From assembly GCA_033551855.1 (NCBI GenBank), contig JAWSUI010000030.1:1-46915 (forward strand): a stretch of DNA of 46,915 nucleotides, in the 5' to 3' direction. This DNA is from Deferrisomatales bacterium (GTDB taxonomy: Bacteria > Desulfobacterota > Deferrisomatia > Deferrisomatales > JACRMM01). Each line of letters starts with the position of its first letter. Position 1 is the stretch's first letter. Under the pieces are notes generated by a model. That model was given only the letters and a program-made list of their open reading frames with translations. It searched no databases and was not told the origin of the DNA. Both the position numbers and the translations under genes were made by a program. Positions 35,617-43,618 of this stretch are shown in pieces.

Positions 35617-36765
35617 TCACCGGATCTCGAACCGCGTGAAGCGGCACCGGATCCCGCCGTTGAGAAGGGGCCAGTATCGAGACGCACGCAGTGAGAGGGC
35701 TCGGGCGAGCCGCCCGCTTGTGAGGAACACGTGTACGTGAAACCCCCGACAGCGGGTCTTGAAGACCCGGCCCATGGTCTCATAGAGGGGGACGAGCCGG
35801 TCCGCGTCTTCGAGGCGGACCCCGTAAGGGGGGTTGGTCACCACCGTGGCGCCCCACCCCGGCGTCGGGGAGAAGTCGGCCACGTCGGACTCCTCCACCC
35901 GTATCGTGTCCCCGAGTCCGGCGGCCGCGGCGTTGCGGCGTGCGGCGGCAACGGCCTCGGGGCTCTTGTCGCCCCCGCGGAGGATCACCCGCCCTGGGGG
36001 GCGCACCTGTCGCCGGGCGTCGTGGCGCATCTCTTCCCAGCGGCCCCGGTCGAAGCTGCGGGACCTGCAGAACGCGAAGTCTTCCGAGAGGAGCCCGGGG
36101 GCAATCCCCCAAGCAATCAGCCCCGCCTCGATCAGAAGGGTGCCGGAGCCGCACAGGGGGTCGAGGAAGGGGCTCTTTCGATCCCAGGCGCTCAGGAGCA
36201 CAGCCCCGGCGGCCAGGCACTCCCCCAGGGGGGCCTCCGTGACCTGGACCCGGTAGCCGCGACGGTGCAGGGAGTGGCCGCCGAGATCCAGGGACAGGGT
36301 GCACCGGTCGTCGATGAGGCGCACGAGGACCCGCGCGTCGGGGTTCCGGGGGTCCACCCAGGGACGCACGCCCGCGCGCTCTCGGAACCAGTCCGCGATG
36401 GCATCCTTGACCTTGAGAGCGGCAAAGCCCGAGTGGCGGTGGAGGGGGCCCGAGACCTTGGCGTCCACCGCGAAGGTCTGGTCGGGGGTCAATACCGATC
36501 CCCACCCGAGGGCCCGGGCCCCCGCGTAGAGTGCGTCGGCCGTCGGCGCGGCGAAGGCGGCGAGCTCCCGGTAGACCCGGACGGCGCACCGGAGATGGAG
36601 CACCGCGCGCCACCCCTCCGGTTCCTCCCCCCCGAACCGGACCCCGCCCACCTGGGCCTCGGCCCGGGCGAAGCGCAGGTCCCGCACCTCCCGGAACAGA
36701 ACCGTCTCGAGGCCGGGGGGGCAGGCTGCAAAGAAGGTATGCCTCTGGGCTCGGCGGACGCTCAT
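35617..36765 (-). CDS. THUMP-domain class I SAM-dependent RNA methyltransferase (RlmL-like m2G)
   Basis: CPPGLE, TFAVD, ALKVKDAIAD, SLHRRGYR...APL.E.LAA, DPLCGSGT and VTNPPYG.RL. Confidence 0.92.
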   Translation of the reverse strand: MSVRRAQRHTFFAACPPGLETVLFREVRDLRFARAEAQVGGVRFGGEEPEGWRAVLHLRCAVRVYRELAAFAAPTADALYAGARALGWGSVLTPDQTFAVDAKVSGPLHRHSGFAALKVKDAIADWFRERAGVRPWVDPRNPDARVLVRLIDDRCTLSLDLGGHSLHRRGYRVQVTEAPLGECLAAGAVLLSAWDRKSPFLDPLCGSGTLLIEAGLIAWGIAPGLLSEDFAFCRSRSFDRGRWEEMRHDARRQVRPPGRVILRGGDKSPEAVAAARRNAAAAGLGDTIRVEESDVADFSPTPGWGATVVTNPPYGVRLEDADRLVPLYETMGRVFKTRCRGFHVHVFLTSGRLARALSLRASRYWPLLNGGIRCRFTRFEIR

Positions 36766-36852
36766 GGGGCCCCGGGGGGATGGTGGGGGATGGGCGGCCA
36801 GAAGAGCACGGGTCCGAGCTTCGAGGCAAGCCCGGCCAGTCTCCCGGCGTCC

Positions 36853-36950
36853 ACCGGCTGGTCGGCAAGCGGAGTCCGGGAGCCCCTGCGTTTCTCCCCG
36901 CAATCCGCGGCAGTTCGAAGAGGTGCCCCGGCAGTGCCCGATGCGCCGGG
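36853..36950 (-). repeat. Dispersed ~100 bp element, copy B (upstream of the THUMP methyltransferase)
   Basis: Reverse complement reads GGGCACCTCTTCGAACTGCCGCGGATTGCGGGGAGAAACGCAGGGGCTCCCGGACTCCGCTTGCCGACCAG, aligning with 34826-34894. Confidence 0.75.
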
Positions 36951-37193
36951 CTTCACCCGCTTGCGCCGGCCTCGTCGGGTCGGTGGATGCGGTGCGGGGC
37001 TGCACTCCTGGGCTCCCGGACTCCGCCCCACAATCCGGTGGTGGATTTTGGGTCTCGGGCGTCCGGTCCGTTTTCTGGCACGGCGAGGAGGGGGGACGGT
37101 CTGCGGGGGGTTCGCGTCGGGAGCGGCGGAGATGATTCGTGTCGAAGTCCGTCCGAAGGGTGCCCTCCTCCGTCCGGGCCGTGAGGGGGCCGA

Positions 37194-38540
37194 ATGAGCC
37201 GACTGCGGCTGAACATCGCCAACAAGCTCGCGCTGGGGTATCTGCCGCTGCTGCTGTTGACGGCGTTGATCGGGACGTTCACCCTGATCACCCTCAGTCG
37301 CATGAACCACGTCACGGAGAGCATTCTCCGGGTGGACGTGCCCCTGGTGGAGGCCGTGGACCAGTTGGTGGAAAATCTCCTGGCCCAGGACTTGTACGGG
37401 AGGCGCCACCTCCTCTTGCGGGATCCGGAAATGGAGCAGGTGTTCCGGCAGCGGAGCGAGATCTTTTGGGGGGAGCTGGCGCGGTTGCGCGATCTTCGGG
37501 GGCCCGCCGATCCCTGGATCGACGGAGTCGAAGGGCTCTACCGGGAGTACCAGGGCATGTTCGAGGCCGGGTTCGCCCGGGAAGGGGAGCTCGGATCGGA
37601 GGAGAACGGTGCCTTGCGGGCCACGCAGGGAGAGCTCCTGGAGACCCTGCGCGAGGAGGCCACCGGGGTGCGAAAGGCCAGGAACGTCAAGACCCTGCGG
37701 ATCTCCGAGATGGGCGCGCAGGCTTTCCAGGTGACGGTGATCCTGTTCTTCCTCGGCGCAGCAGCGGCGGGCGTGGCCGCCCTGGTCATCTCCCGGCGGA
37801 TCACCTCCGCGGTGCACCGCCTCCAGGGCGCGACCCGAGAGATCTCGGAGGGGCGTTTCGACCGGGTGCCGAAGCTCCACACCGGGGACGAGCTCGAGGA
37901 GCTGGCGCAGGCCTTCGCAGCCATGTCCGCAAGGCTGCAGCGGATGGAGCAGCTGTGCCTGGATGCCAGCCCCCTGACGCGGCTCCCCGGTGGGGAGGCG
38001 ATCGAAGAGGCCCTGCGGCAGCGGATCGAACGGGGAGAGCCGGTGGCCTTCTGTCTGGTGGACATGGACAACTTCAAGGCGTACAGCGACAAATACGGGT
38101 ACGCCCGGGGCAGCGAGGTGATCAAGGTTTTGGCGCGCATCCTGGAACGGGCGGTGGAGCAGAAGGGGCGTCCCGAGGACTTCGTCGGCCACATCGGGGG
38201 GGACGACTTCGTCCTGCTCACCTCTCGGGAGCGCGCCCGGGGGCTCTGCGAGGAGGTGCTCAGAAGCTTCGACGCCGTGATCCCGGACTTCTACGGCGAG
38301 GAGGATCGGCGCCGAGGCTTCATCTGCTCGAAGAATCGCCAAGGGGAACCCGCGACGTTCCCCCTGGTCTCCCTCTCCATCGCCGTCGTCACCGAGACCG
38401 ATGCCCTGCACCGCGACCCGATCTCCATCGGCGAGGCGGCCGCTCGGCTCAAGGAGAGGGCCAAGGAGGTTCCCGGCAGCGTGTGCCTGATCGACCGTGA
38501 GCAGCCTCCGCGAACCGCGTGTCGGGAGCAGGTCTCGTGA
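37194..38540 (+). CDS. Membrane sensor with periplasmic helical domain, HAMP and GGDEF (GGDDF) domain
   Basis: Two TMs, HAMP (DELEELAQAF..M), DASPLTRLPG, DMDNFKAYSDKYGY..G.EVI and HIGGDDF. Confidence 0.9.
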   Translation: MSRLRLNIANKLALGYLPLLLLTALIGTFTLITLSRMNHVTESILRVDVPLVEAVDQLVENLLAQDLYGRRHLLLRDPEMEQVFRQRSEIFWGELARLRDLRGPADPWIDGVEGLYREYQGMFEAGFAREGELGSEENGALRATQGELLETLREEATGVRKARNVKTLRISEMGAQAFQVTVILFFLGAAAAGVAALVISRRITSAVHRLQGATREISEGRFDRVPKLHTGDELEELAQAFAAMSARLQRMEQLCLDASPLTRLPGGEAIEEALRQRIERGEPVAFCLVDMDNFKAYSDKYGYARGSEVIKVLARILERAVEQKGRPEDFVGHIGGDDFVLLTSRERARGLCEEVLRSFDAVIPDFYGEEDRRRGFICSKNRQGEPATFPLVSLSIAVVTETDALHRDPISIGEAAARLKERAKEVPGSVCLIDREQPPRTACREQVS

Positions 38541-39211
38541 GGCGACGGGCTTTCGCCGCGGCCGTGGTCCTCGCTGTCGGGGCGTGGGGGTGCGCGCCGA
38601 TCACCCCGGCCGTGCGCATCTACGAGCGCTACGAGCGGATCGGGGGGGGCCGCGTGACGGGGGAGATCGAGCGCTGGGAGAGAGTGATCCGGGAATCGGG
38701 GGACCCTGCCCAGCGGTCCGGTGCCCACCTGCGCCTGTCCCTGCTCCGGTCCCATCCCGACCACCCGGCTCCAGACTACAGCCTGGCCCTGGCGGACCTG
38801 GATGCCTATCGCAGCCTCGACCCGCTGGGTGCAGACGACACCGGGATTCGGCGCTTGCGGGCCATCCTCGCCGAGTTGGAGCGCTGCGAGTCCAGGGCGG
38901 GGGAGCGTGCCGGAACGGCCGCCGCCTCGGAAAAGGAGCAGCAGGGTGAGCCTTGCGAGGACGACGTTCGCCGGGGCACCGCCGAGGCGGAGGCGGCCAG
39001 GGCTGTCCTGGTGCAGGAGGTGCGTTCCCTGAGACGCCAGAGCGAGGAGCTCGCGCGGGAGCGCGATCAGATCGCCGAACGTCTGCGGGAGCAGGAGGCG
39101 GCTCGAGAAGCCCTCTCGGCAGAGAACCAGGAGCTGCGCGACACCCTCGACAGAATCAAGAGCCTGGATCTCCAACAGGAGCGCCTTCGCGCGGGCGAAC
39201 CGGCCCGCTGA
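38537..39211 (+). CDS. Lipoprotein with TPR-like helix pair and long C-terminal coiled coil
   Basis: GTGA overlap with the upstream stop; RRRAFAAAVVLAVGAWGC lipobox; AHLRLSLL..HPD.P..DY..A; coiled coil ending LDRIKSLDLQQE. Confidence 0.75.
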   Translation: MRRRAFAAAVVLAVGAWGCAPITPAVRIYERYERIGGGRVTGEIERWERVIRESGDPAQRSGAHLRLSLLRSHPDHPAPDYSLALADLDAYRSLDPLGADDTGIRRLRAILAELERCESRAGERAGTAAASEKEQQGEPCEDDVRRGTAEAEAARAVLVQEVRSLRRQSEELARERDQIAERLREQEAAREALSAENQELRDTLDRIKSLDLQQERLRAGEPAR

Positions 39212-39330
39212 GGGCGCGAGTTCACCGCGGGAGGCCCCTCCGAACCCTCACGAATCGTTACACGGTTCGGGCTCGGCATTGCCGCGCTCCACCCGTGGGG
39301 AGCGCTCGGGCCGTTTTCCAGCGGCCTGCT
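39207..39330 (-). mobile_element. Diverged partial copy of the MITE-like element at 10451-10602
   Basis: Reverse complement AGCAGGCCGCTGGAAAACGGCC...CCCCACGG...GATTCGTGAGGGTTCG.AGGGGCC...GCCCTCAGC; 16/16 core match between 39241-39256 and 10524-10539. Confidence 0.75.
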
Positions 39331-39432
39331 TGGGCCGAGAACGGCGCGTCGATCATGCGACGTCACGTCTCGTGCCACAGGGCCCAGCAACGGTTGGGAT
39401 GGCGAAGGCCGGGGGCCGGAAAGGGGCGGGTC

Positions 39433-39708
39433 ATGGGCGCGTTGCTCGAGTACTTCGGGCTGGGCTCGGGAGAGCAGACGAAGAGGACGTTGCTGAGGGT
39501 CGGGCCCTACCTCTTCCTGGTCGGAACCGGGCTGCTCGCGCTCTCCGTCGCGGTGCAGTGGCTCGTTCCGCTGTCCTGGTGGCTTCACGCCGCGGCCATC
39601 GTCCTTGCCCTGCTGTACCTTTTCCTGTTTCTGGCGCGCCTGCACCATGCGTCGGCCGATCAGGGGACCGGCGAGGGCGAGGAAGGCGGAGGGCCTCTCC
39701 CGGACTGA
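39433..39708 (+). CDS. Small 2-TM hypothetical membrane protein
   Basis: MGALLEYFGLG...YLFLVGTGLLALSVAVQWL...AAAIVLALLYLFLFL; GC3-rich codons. Confidence 0.65.
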   Translation: MGALLEYFGLGSGEQTKRTLLRVGPYLFLVGTGLLALSVAVQWLVPLSWWLHAAAIVLALLYLFLFLARLHHASADQGTGEGEEGGGPLPD

Positions 39709-39866
39709 GATTCCCGCCTCCTCGCTCCCGGCCATCGGACGGTTCCGGTGGGTGCTTGGGCCGTGTTCGCCGGATTCCCAGCCCTTTCCGGGCGTGTGTG
39801 CCTCCGCCTGCTCCGAGGACCCAGAAGGCTGGACGCACCCTCTTCCCCGGCAGAGGAAGGACGGAG

Positions 39867-40373
39867 ATGGACGAGAGACCCAGAGTCGTCACCTTGAGGG
39901 GAAACCCGATGACGCTGGTGGGCCCGGCTCTGAAGATGGGGGATCGGGCGCCGGATTTCACGGTGGTGGACGGCGCCCTGAACACGGTGACCCTGAAGGA
40001 CTTCGCGGGGCAGAGGAAGCTCATCAGCGTGGTCCCCAGCCTCGACACCCCCATCTGTGAGCAGCAGACGAAACGCTTCCACGCCGAGGCGGAGAAGCTG
40101 CCCCCCGGCACGGTGCTGATCACGGTTTCGATGGACCTCCCTTTTGCCCAGCAACGGTTCTGCACGACCCAAGGGCTGGAGCGGTTGCGGGTTCTGTCGG
40201 ACTATAGAGAGGCCTCCTTCGGCCAGAGTTGGGGGGTTCTCATCAAAGAAGTGCGCCTCCTGGCGCGGGCCGTCTTCGTCCTGGACGCGCAGGACGTGAT
40301 CCGGCACGTGCAGATCGTCCCGGAGGTCTCGGAGCACCCGGACTACGAGGCGGCCCTCGCGGCGGTTCGCTGA
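39867..40373 (+). CDS. tpx: Thiol peroxidase (atypical 2-Cys peroxiredoxin)
   Basis: VTLRGNP.TL.G, GDRAPDF, VPSLDTPICEQQTKRF, SMDLPFAQQRFC, LLARAVFV and HPDYEAAL. Confidence 0.95.
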   Translation: MDERPRVVTLRGNPMTLVGPALKMGDRAPDFTVVDGALNTVTLKDFAGQRKLISVVPSLDTPICEQQTKRFHAEAEKLPPGTVLITVSMDLPFAQQRFCTTQGLERLRVLSDYREASFGQSWGVLIKEVRLLARAVFVLDAQDVIRHVQIVPEVSEHPDYEAALAAVR

Positions 40374-40453
40374 GAGCCTGTAACGAGAATCGCTGGTAGC
40401 AGGCCTGCGGGACCTTGCGGTGCGCCCCTTCGGCGCGCGCCACGGGTTGGCAC

Positions 40454-40481
40454 TTGACACCGGCAAAACGGGTGGTAACCT
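40454..40481 (+). promoter_or_regulatory. Sigma70-like promoter with no downstream + strand CDS
   Basis: TTGACA (40454-40459), 16 nt, TAACCT (40476-40481) with an extended -10 TG. Confidence 0.5.
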
Positions 40482-40487
40482 TGGTCA

Positions 40488-40640
40488 CAAGGCTGGGGTA
40501 CACGCCGGATGGGGCCGGCGAGTCTCGCGAGACTCGGGCCTAGGCTGGGTCGGGGAGGAACCACAACACGCAACGAACCCAGTGTGCGGTGATTGTTGAC
40601 AGACCCTCGACAGCCTCGTGACTGCGGTGTCCCCAGACGA
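40488..40640 (+). ncRNA. Candidate structured non-coding RNA (unassigned; may instead be an IS-end remnant)
   Basis: Downstream of the promoter; 5' CTGGGGTACAC pairs with 3' GTGTCCCCAG, AGGCTG..GTCGGGG pairs with CCCTCGACAGCCT, internal CGAGTCTCGCGAGACTCG palindrome; followed by a 15-bp hairpin. Confidence 0.35.
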
Positions 40641-40642
40641 AG

Positions 40643-40675
40643 CCGGCCCCGGCGGGTGAAACCCGCCGGGGCCGG
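40643..40675. terminator. Perfect 15-bp hairpin between the convergent tpx and SOR genes
   Basis: CCGGCCCCGGCGGGT-gaa-ACCCGCCGGGGCCGG; U-tracts are weak. Confidence 0.7.
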
Positions 40676-40726
40676 TGCCTGTCCGGGCGGCGGACGCCGA
40701 GTGGGGCGGCGTCCCGCCTGGGGTCC

Positions 40727-41122
40727 TTACGAGACCTGAACCGCCTTCGCGTTCTCCCAGAGACCGTGGATGTTGCAGTAGCTCGTGGCGACGAGGGTGC
40801 CGCTCTTTTGCAGCTTCAGGAACGCGCTTCCCTGGTGGTGCGTGAAAGCGGGGCCTTGATTCGCGCCCTCCGGCGACTCCCCGTGGGCGGTGAAGTCCAG
40901 CTTGGCCACCTCGAAGGGGGCCTTGCCCCCCTCCGGAAGGAAGTAGAGGGCGATCCAGCGGATGTGGTGCTCGGTGGTGTTGGGGTGGGCGATCTCCGCC
41001 CCCACTGCGAGCTTTACCTCGAACACCTGGTCCTTTCCGACGGCATCCGCACACTCGATGACCGGTACGTGCTTTTCCGCCTTCCAGTCGGCCTGTTTGA
41101 AGAGATCTCCGATTTTCGTCAT
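40727..41122 (-). CDS. Superoxide reductase, neelaredoxin type (1Fe-SOR, class II SORL)
   Basis: EKHVP, HPNTTEHHIRWI and YCNIHGLWE; GAGGAG RBS. Confidence 0.93.
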   Translation of the reverse strand: MTKIGDLFKQADWKAEKHVPVIECADAVGKDQVFEVKLAVGAEIAHPNTTEHHIRWIALYFLPEGGKAPFEVAKLDFTAHGESPEGANQGPAFTHHQGSAFLKLQKSGTLVATSYCNIHGLWENAKAVQVS

Positions 41123-41262
41123 GACGCGTGCTCCTCGATGAAAAGAAGTTGGCAAGGCTCCCCGGCGCGCCCCTTGCGGCGCGCCGGGCCACTACCTTAT
41201 CAGGGACGCCCCCGATGTCCAGGGGGCCAGCGGCAGATTGTCCGCGGAGGGGTGAACACGCC

Positions 41263-41697
41263 ATGGAGTATCGACTGACGACGTTCGACGACCTGTGCCT
41301 CGGCCAGCGGGCATCGTTCTCGAAGACGGTGACCGAGGCGGACCTGTCACACTTCGTCGCCATCACGGGAGACGTGAATCCGCTGCACGTCGATCAGGAG
41401 TTTGCCCGGCGGACTTTCTTCGGCGAGCGGATTGCCCACGGGATGCTCTCAGCCGCTCTGTTCTCGACCCTGGTTGGGATGCTCCTCCCTGGGATCGGGG
41501 CCATCTACCGCTCCCAGACGCTGGAATTCCTGCGCCCGGCGAGAATCGGCGACACCCTTACGGCCAACTTCGAGGTGGAGCGGCTGGATCCGGTGGAGAA
41601 CCTGATTGAGATGAGGAGCTGGGTGGAGAACCAGAAGGGGGAAGTGGTCGTTCGGGGCCGAGCCTGCGCCAGCCTGCTTCGGGGGCTGTGCAGCTGA
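41263..41697 (+). CDS. MaoC family (R)-specific enoyl-CoA hydratase
   Basis: F..ITGDVNPLHVD..FA..T.FG.RIAHGML and PG.GAIY.SQ.L.F..P..IGD. Confidence 0.92.
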   Translation: MEYRLTTFDDLCLGQRASFSKTVTEADLSHFVAITGDVNPLHVDQEFARRTFFGERIAHGMLSAALFSTLVGMLLPGIGAIYRSQTLEFLRPARIGDTLTANFEVERLDPVENLIEMRSWVENQKGEVVVRGRACASLLRGLCS

Positions 41698-41801
41698 CAT
41701 AGGCGCCCCGCGACCCTTGGTATCCGGGGGTTCGGGCAAGGGGGCCGGTGGAAGGAACGCCCGAGAGGATTTTCCGCGGGCGGCTCCAGATCGATCAAAA
41801 A

Positions 41802-41855
41802 ACATACAGAAAAACTTATCCGAAACCTTGACGTTCTCCGACTGTGCGCCATACT
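41802..41855 (+). promoter_or_regulatory. Putative comEA promoter with A-rich upstream motif
   Basis: TTGACG (41828-41833), 16 nt, CATACT (41850-41855); ACATACagaAAAACTTA at 41802-41818. Confidence 0.5.
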
Positions 41856-41933
41856 GAGCACTCACGTCGTTCCGGCCAGCGGGGCCGGGGAAGGTGCGAC
41901 GTGTCCGGCGAAGCGCCGGGAAAGGAGGAGGTC

Positions 41934-42248
41934 ATGGGAAGGCGGCTCGGAATCCTGGTGATGGTCTTGGCGGTGATCTCCCTGGCGGCGGGGCTCCCGC
42001 CAAGGGCCGCCCACGCTGCCGACAAGCCGGCAGCAGGGGCGGAGGCCCCCGAAGCGAAGGTGAACCTGAACACGGCCACGGCCGAGGAGCTCGGTAACCT
42101 CCCCGGGGTGGGCGAGGTGACGGCCAAGGCAATCCTTGATTTCCGGCAGGTGAACGGCCCCTTCCGCACCGCGGACGACTTGCTCCAAGTGAGGGGGGTC
42201 GGGGAGAAGAAGATGGAGACGCTTCGACCCCTGGTCACGGTCGAGTAG
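41934..42248 (+). CDS. comEA: ComEA family helix-hairpin-helix DNA-binding protein
   Basis: Signal peptide, then KVNLNTATAEEL..LPGVGE..A.AI..FR..NGPF....DL..VRGVGEK; AAGGAGGAGG RBS. Confidence 0.88.
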   Translation: MGRRLGILVMVLAVISLAAGLPPRAAHAADKPAAGAEAPEAKVNLNTATAEELGNLPGVGEVTAKAILDFRQVNGPFRTADDLLQVRGVGEKKMETLRPLVTVE

Positions 42249-42451
42249 GCGTCACAGGGCTGCGGACGGGGCCCCCTGCCGTTCTCGGGGCTCCGTCCGC
42301 CCCGTTCCTCCTCGACGGATCCGCCCAGACCTGCAGAAGCGGGTGAAGCTGGGCGTGCCCGCTTCCTCGGTCGATGCGGTACAGGGCGGATCTCCAGGGC
42401 TCCCGGACGCCGCCCCACGTTGCTGCGGTGTTTTTCGGGCCCTGTCGGCCC

Positions 42452-42480
42452 TTGACATACGCAAAACTTACGCATATCCT
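42452..42480 (+). promoter_or_regulatory. lexA promoter containing a candidate LexA operator
   Basis: TTGACA (42452-42457), 17 nt, TATCCT (42475-42480); the spacer is TACGCA-aaact-TACGCA. Confidence 0.7.
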
Positions 42481-42488
42481 CCCTCCCC

Positions 42489-43097
42489 ATGACCATTCGA
42501 CGCCTCACCCCGAAGCAGAGGAGGGTGCTGGAGTTCATCCAGCGGTACGGGGAGCTCCACGGATGCCCGCCCACCCAGCAGGAGATCGCCGCCGGCCTGG
42601 GTTTCAGGTCCCTCGGCACTGTTCAGAACTACCTGGTCCGGCTCCAGGAGCAGGGGTTTCTGCGGCGCCCCTGGAACGCCAAGAGGGCACTCGAGGTCGT
42701 TTCACCGGAACGGGAGACCCGAGGGCTACCTCTCCTGGGATGGGTCGCCGCCGGCAAGCCGATCGAGGCGGTGGCCTCGGAGGACGAGCTCGACGTCCCC
42801 CCCTCCCTGCTGGGGAGGGGGGAGCACTTCGTGTTGCGGGTCGACGGGCATTCCATGGTGGAGGACGGAATCCTCGATCGCGACTACCTGGTGGTGCGGC
42901 GCCAGTCGACGGCCCAGGACGGCCAGACGGTGGTGGCCCTCGTGGACGGGGCGGCCACGGTGAAGCGCTTCTACCGTCGGCGCGGGGAAGTGGAGCTGAA
43001 GCCGGCCAACGGCGCGATGGAGCCCATCCGGGTCCGCGGGAACCAGGACCTCCGCTTGGAGGGCATCGTGGTGGCGGTGATTCGCCGATGTGGGTGA
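42489..43097 (+). CDS. lexA: SOS transcriptional repressor LexA
   Basis: LTPKQ..VLEFI......G.PPT..EIA..LG..S HTH; VAAG cleavage site; catalytic GHSM and TVKR. Confidence 0.97.
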   Translation: MTIRRLTPKQRRVLEFIQRYGELHGCPPTQQEIAAGLGFRSLGTVQNYLVRLQEQGFLRRPWNAKRALEVVSPERETRGLPLLGWVAAGKPIEAVASEDELDVPPSLLGRGEHFVLRVDGHSMVEDGILDRDYLVVRRQSTAQDGQTVVALVDGAATVKRFYRRRGEVELKPANGAMEPIRVRGNQDLRLEGIVVAVIRRCG

Positions 43098-43108
43098 AAG
43101 GGGCGTCG

Positions 43109-43420
43109 ATGGACCTCGTGGCACGTCTGGGTCATGGGGTTGCCGGCGGGGCCGGCTTCTTCGCGGGGTTCCTGTGGGGTGTGTCCCATTGGGTCGGCAC
43201 CGGCGGGGTGGCGCGGGAGGAGCTTCTGCGGGCCGCTCTGGTCCCCGGCGGGTGCCTGGCGGTGGGCTACGCGGTGGCCGGGGCCCTTGTCTTCTGGTCC
43301 TTCCTTCCGTCCCCCTGTGTCGTGGGGATGAGGGCCATCGTGGCGCCTGCCGCCTTCACCCTCTCTCTGGGGGCCGGTTTCCTGGGGCTGCGGGGTGCCC
43401 TCTGGCTCCTGGGGTCCTGA
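43109..43420 (+). CDS. Hypothetical 3-TM membrane protein
   Basis: MDLVARLG... hydrophobic ORF starting 12 nt after the lexA stop, AAGGGG RBS. Confidence 0.6.
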   Translation: MDLVARLGHGVAGGAGFFAGFLWGVSHWVGTGGVAREELLRAALVPGGCLAVGYAVAGALVFWSFLPSPCVVGMRAIVAPAAFTLSLGAGFLGLRGALWLLGS

Positions 43421-43618
43421 ACCGGGCGTTGCCCCGATCGCTTCCCGTCGGACCGTCGCGCCCGACGTGTCGTGATGGCCGTGGCCTTTCCGTTCCTGAC
43501 CCCAGGTGATGTCAGGTGCAGGGAAGGGGGTTTCCGCGTTGCCCCGCCCGGTGGGTTCTGTTACGTTTCCCGACTTCCGGGGGGCCGGAGCCCCGGGCAC
43601 GGGAGGAGAGCGTCGGGT

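Noticed and set aside
40509..40592. 27-codon ORF inside the candidate RNA
   Set aside because: No Shine-Dalgarno sequence, atypical codon usage and no motif
40488..40640. Assignment as 6S, SRP, RNase P, tmRNA or tRNA
   Set aside because: No diagnostic motifs were recognised (no SRP GGAAG/AGCAG loop, no GAGGAAAGUCC, no cloverleaf) and there is no zapA/ygfA context; left unassigned
41689..41720. Selenocysteine read-through at TGA stops following Cys (MaoC GLCS*, also LexA RRCG*)
   Set aside because: Both proteins are already full length for their families and no SECIS-like context was evident
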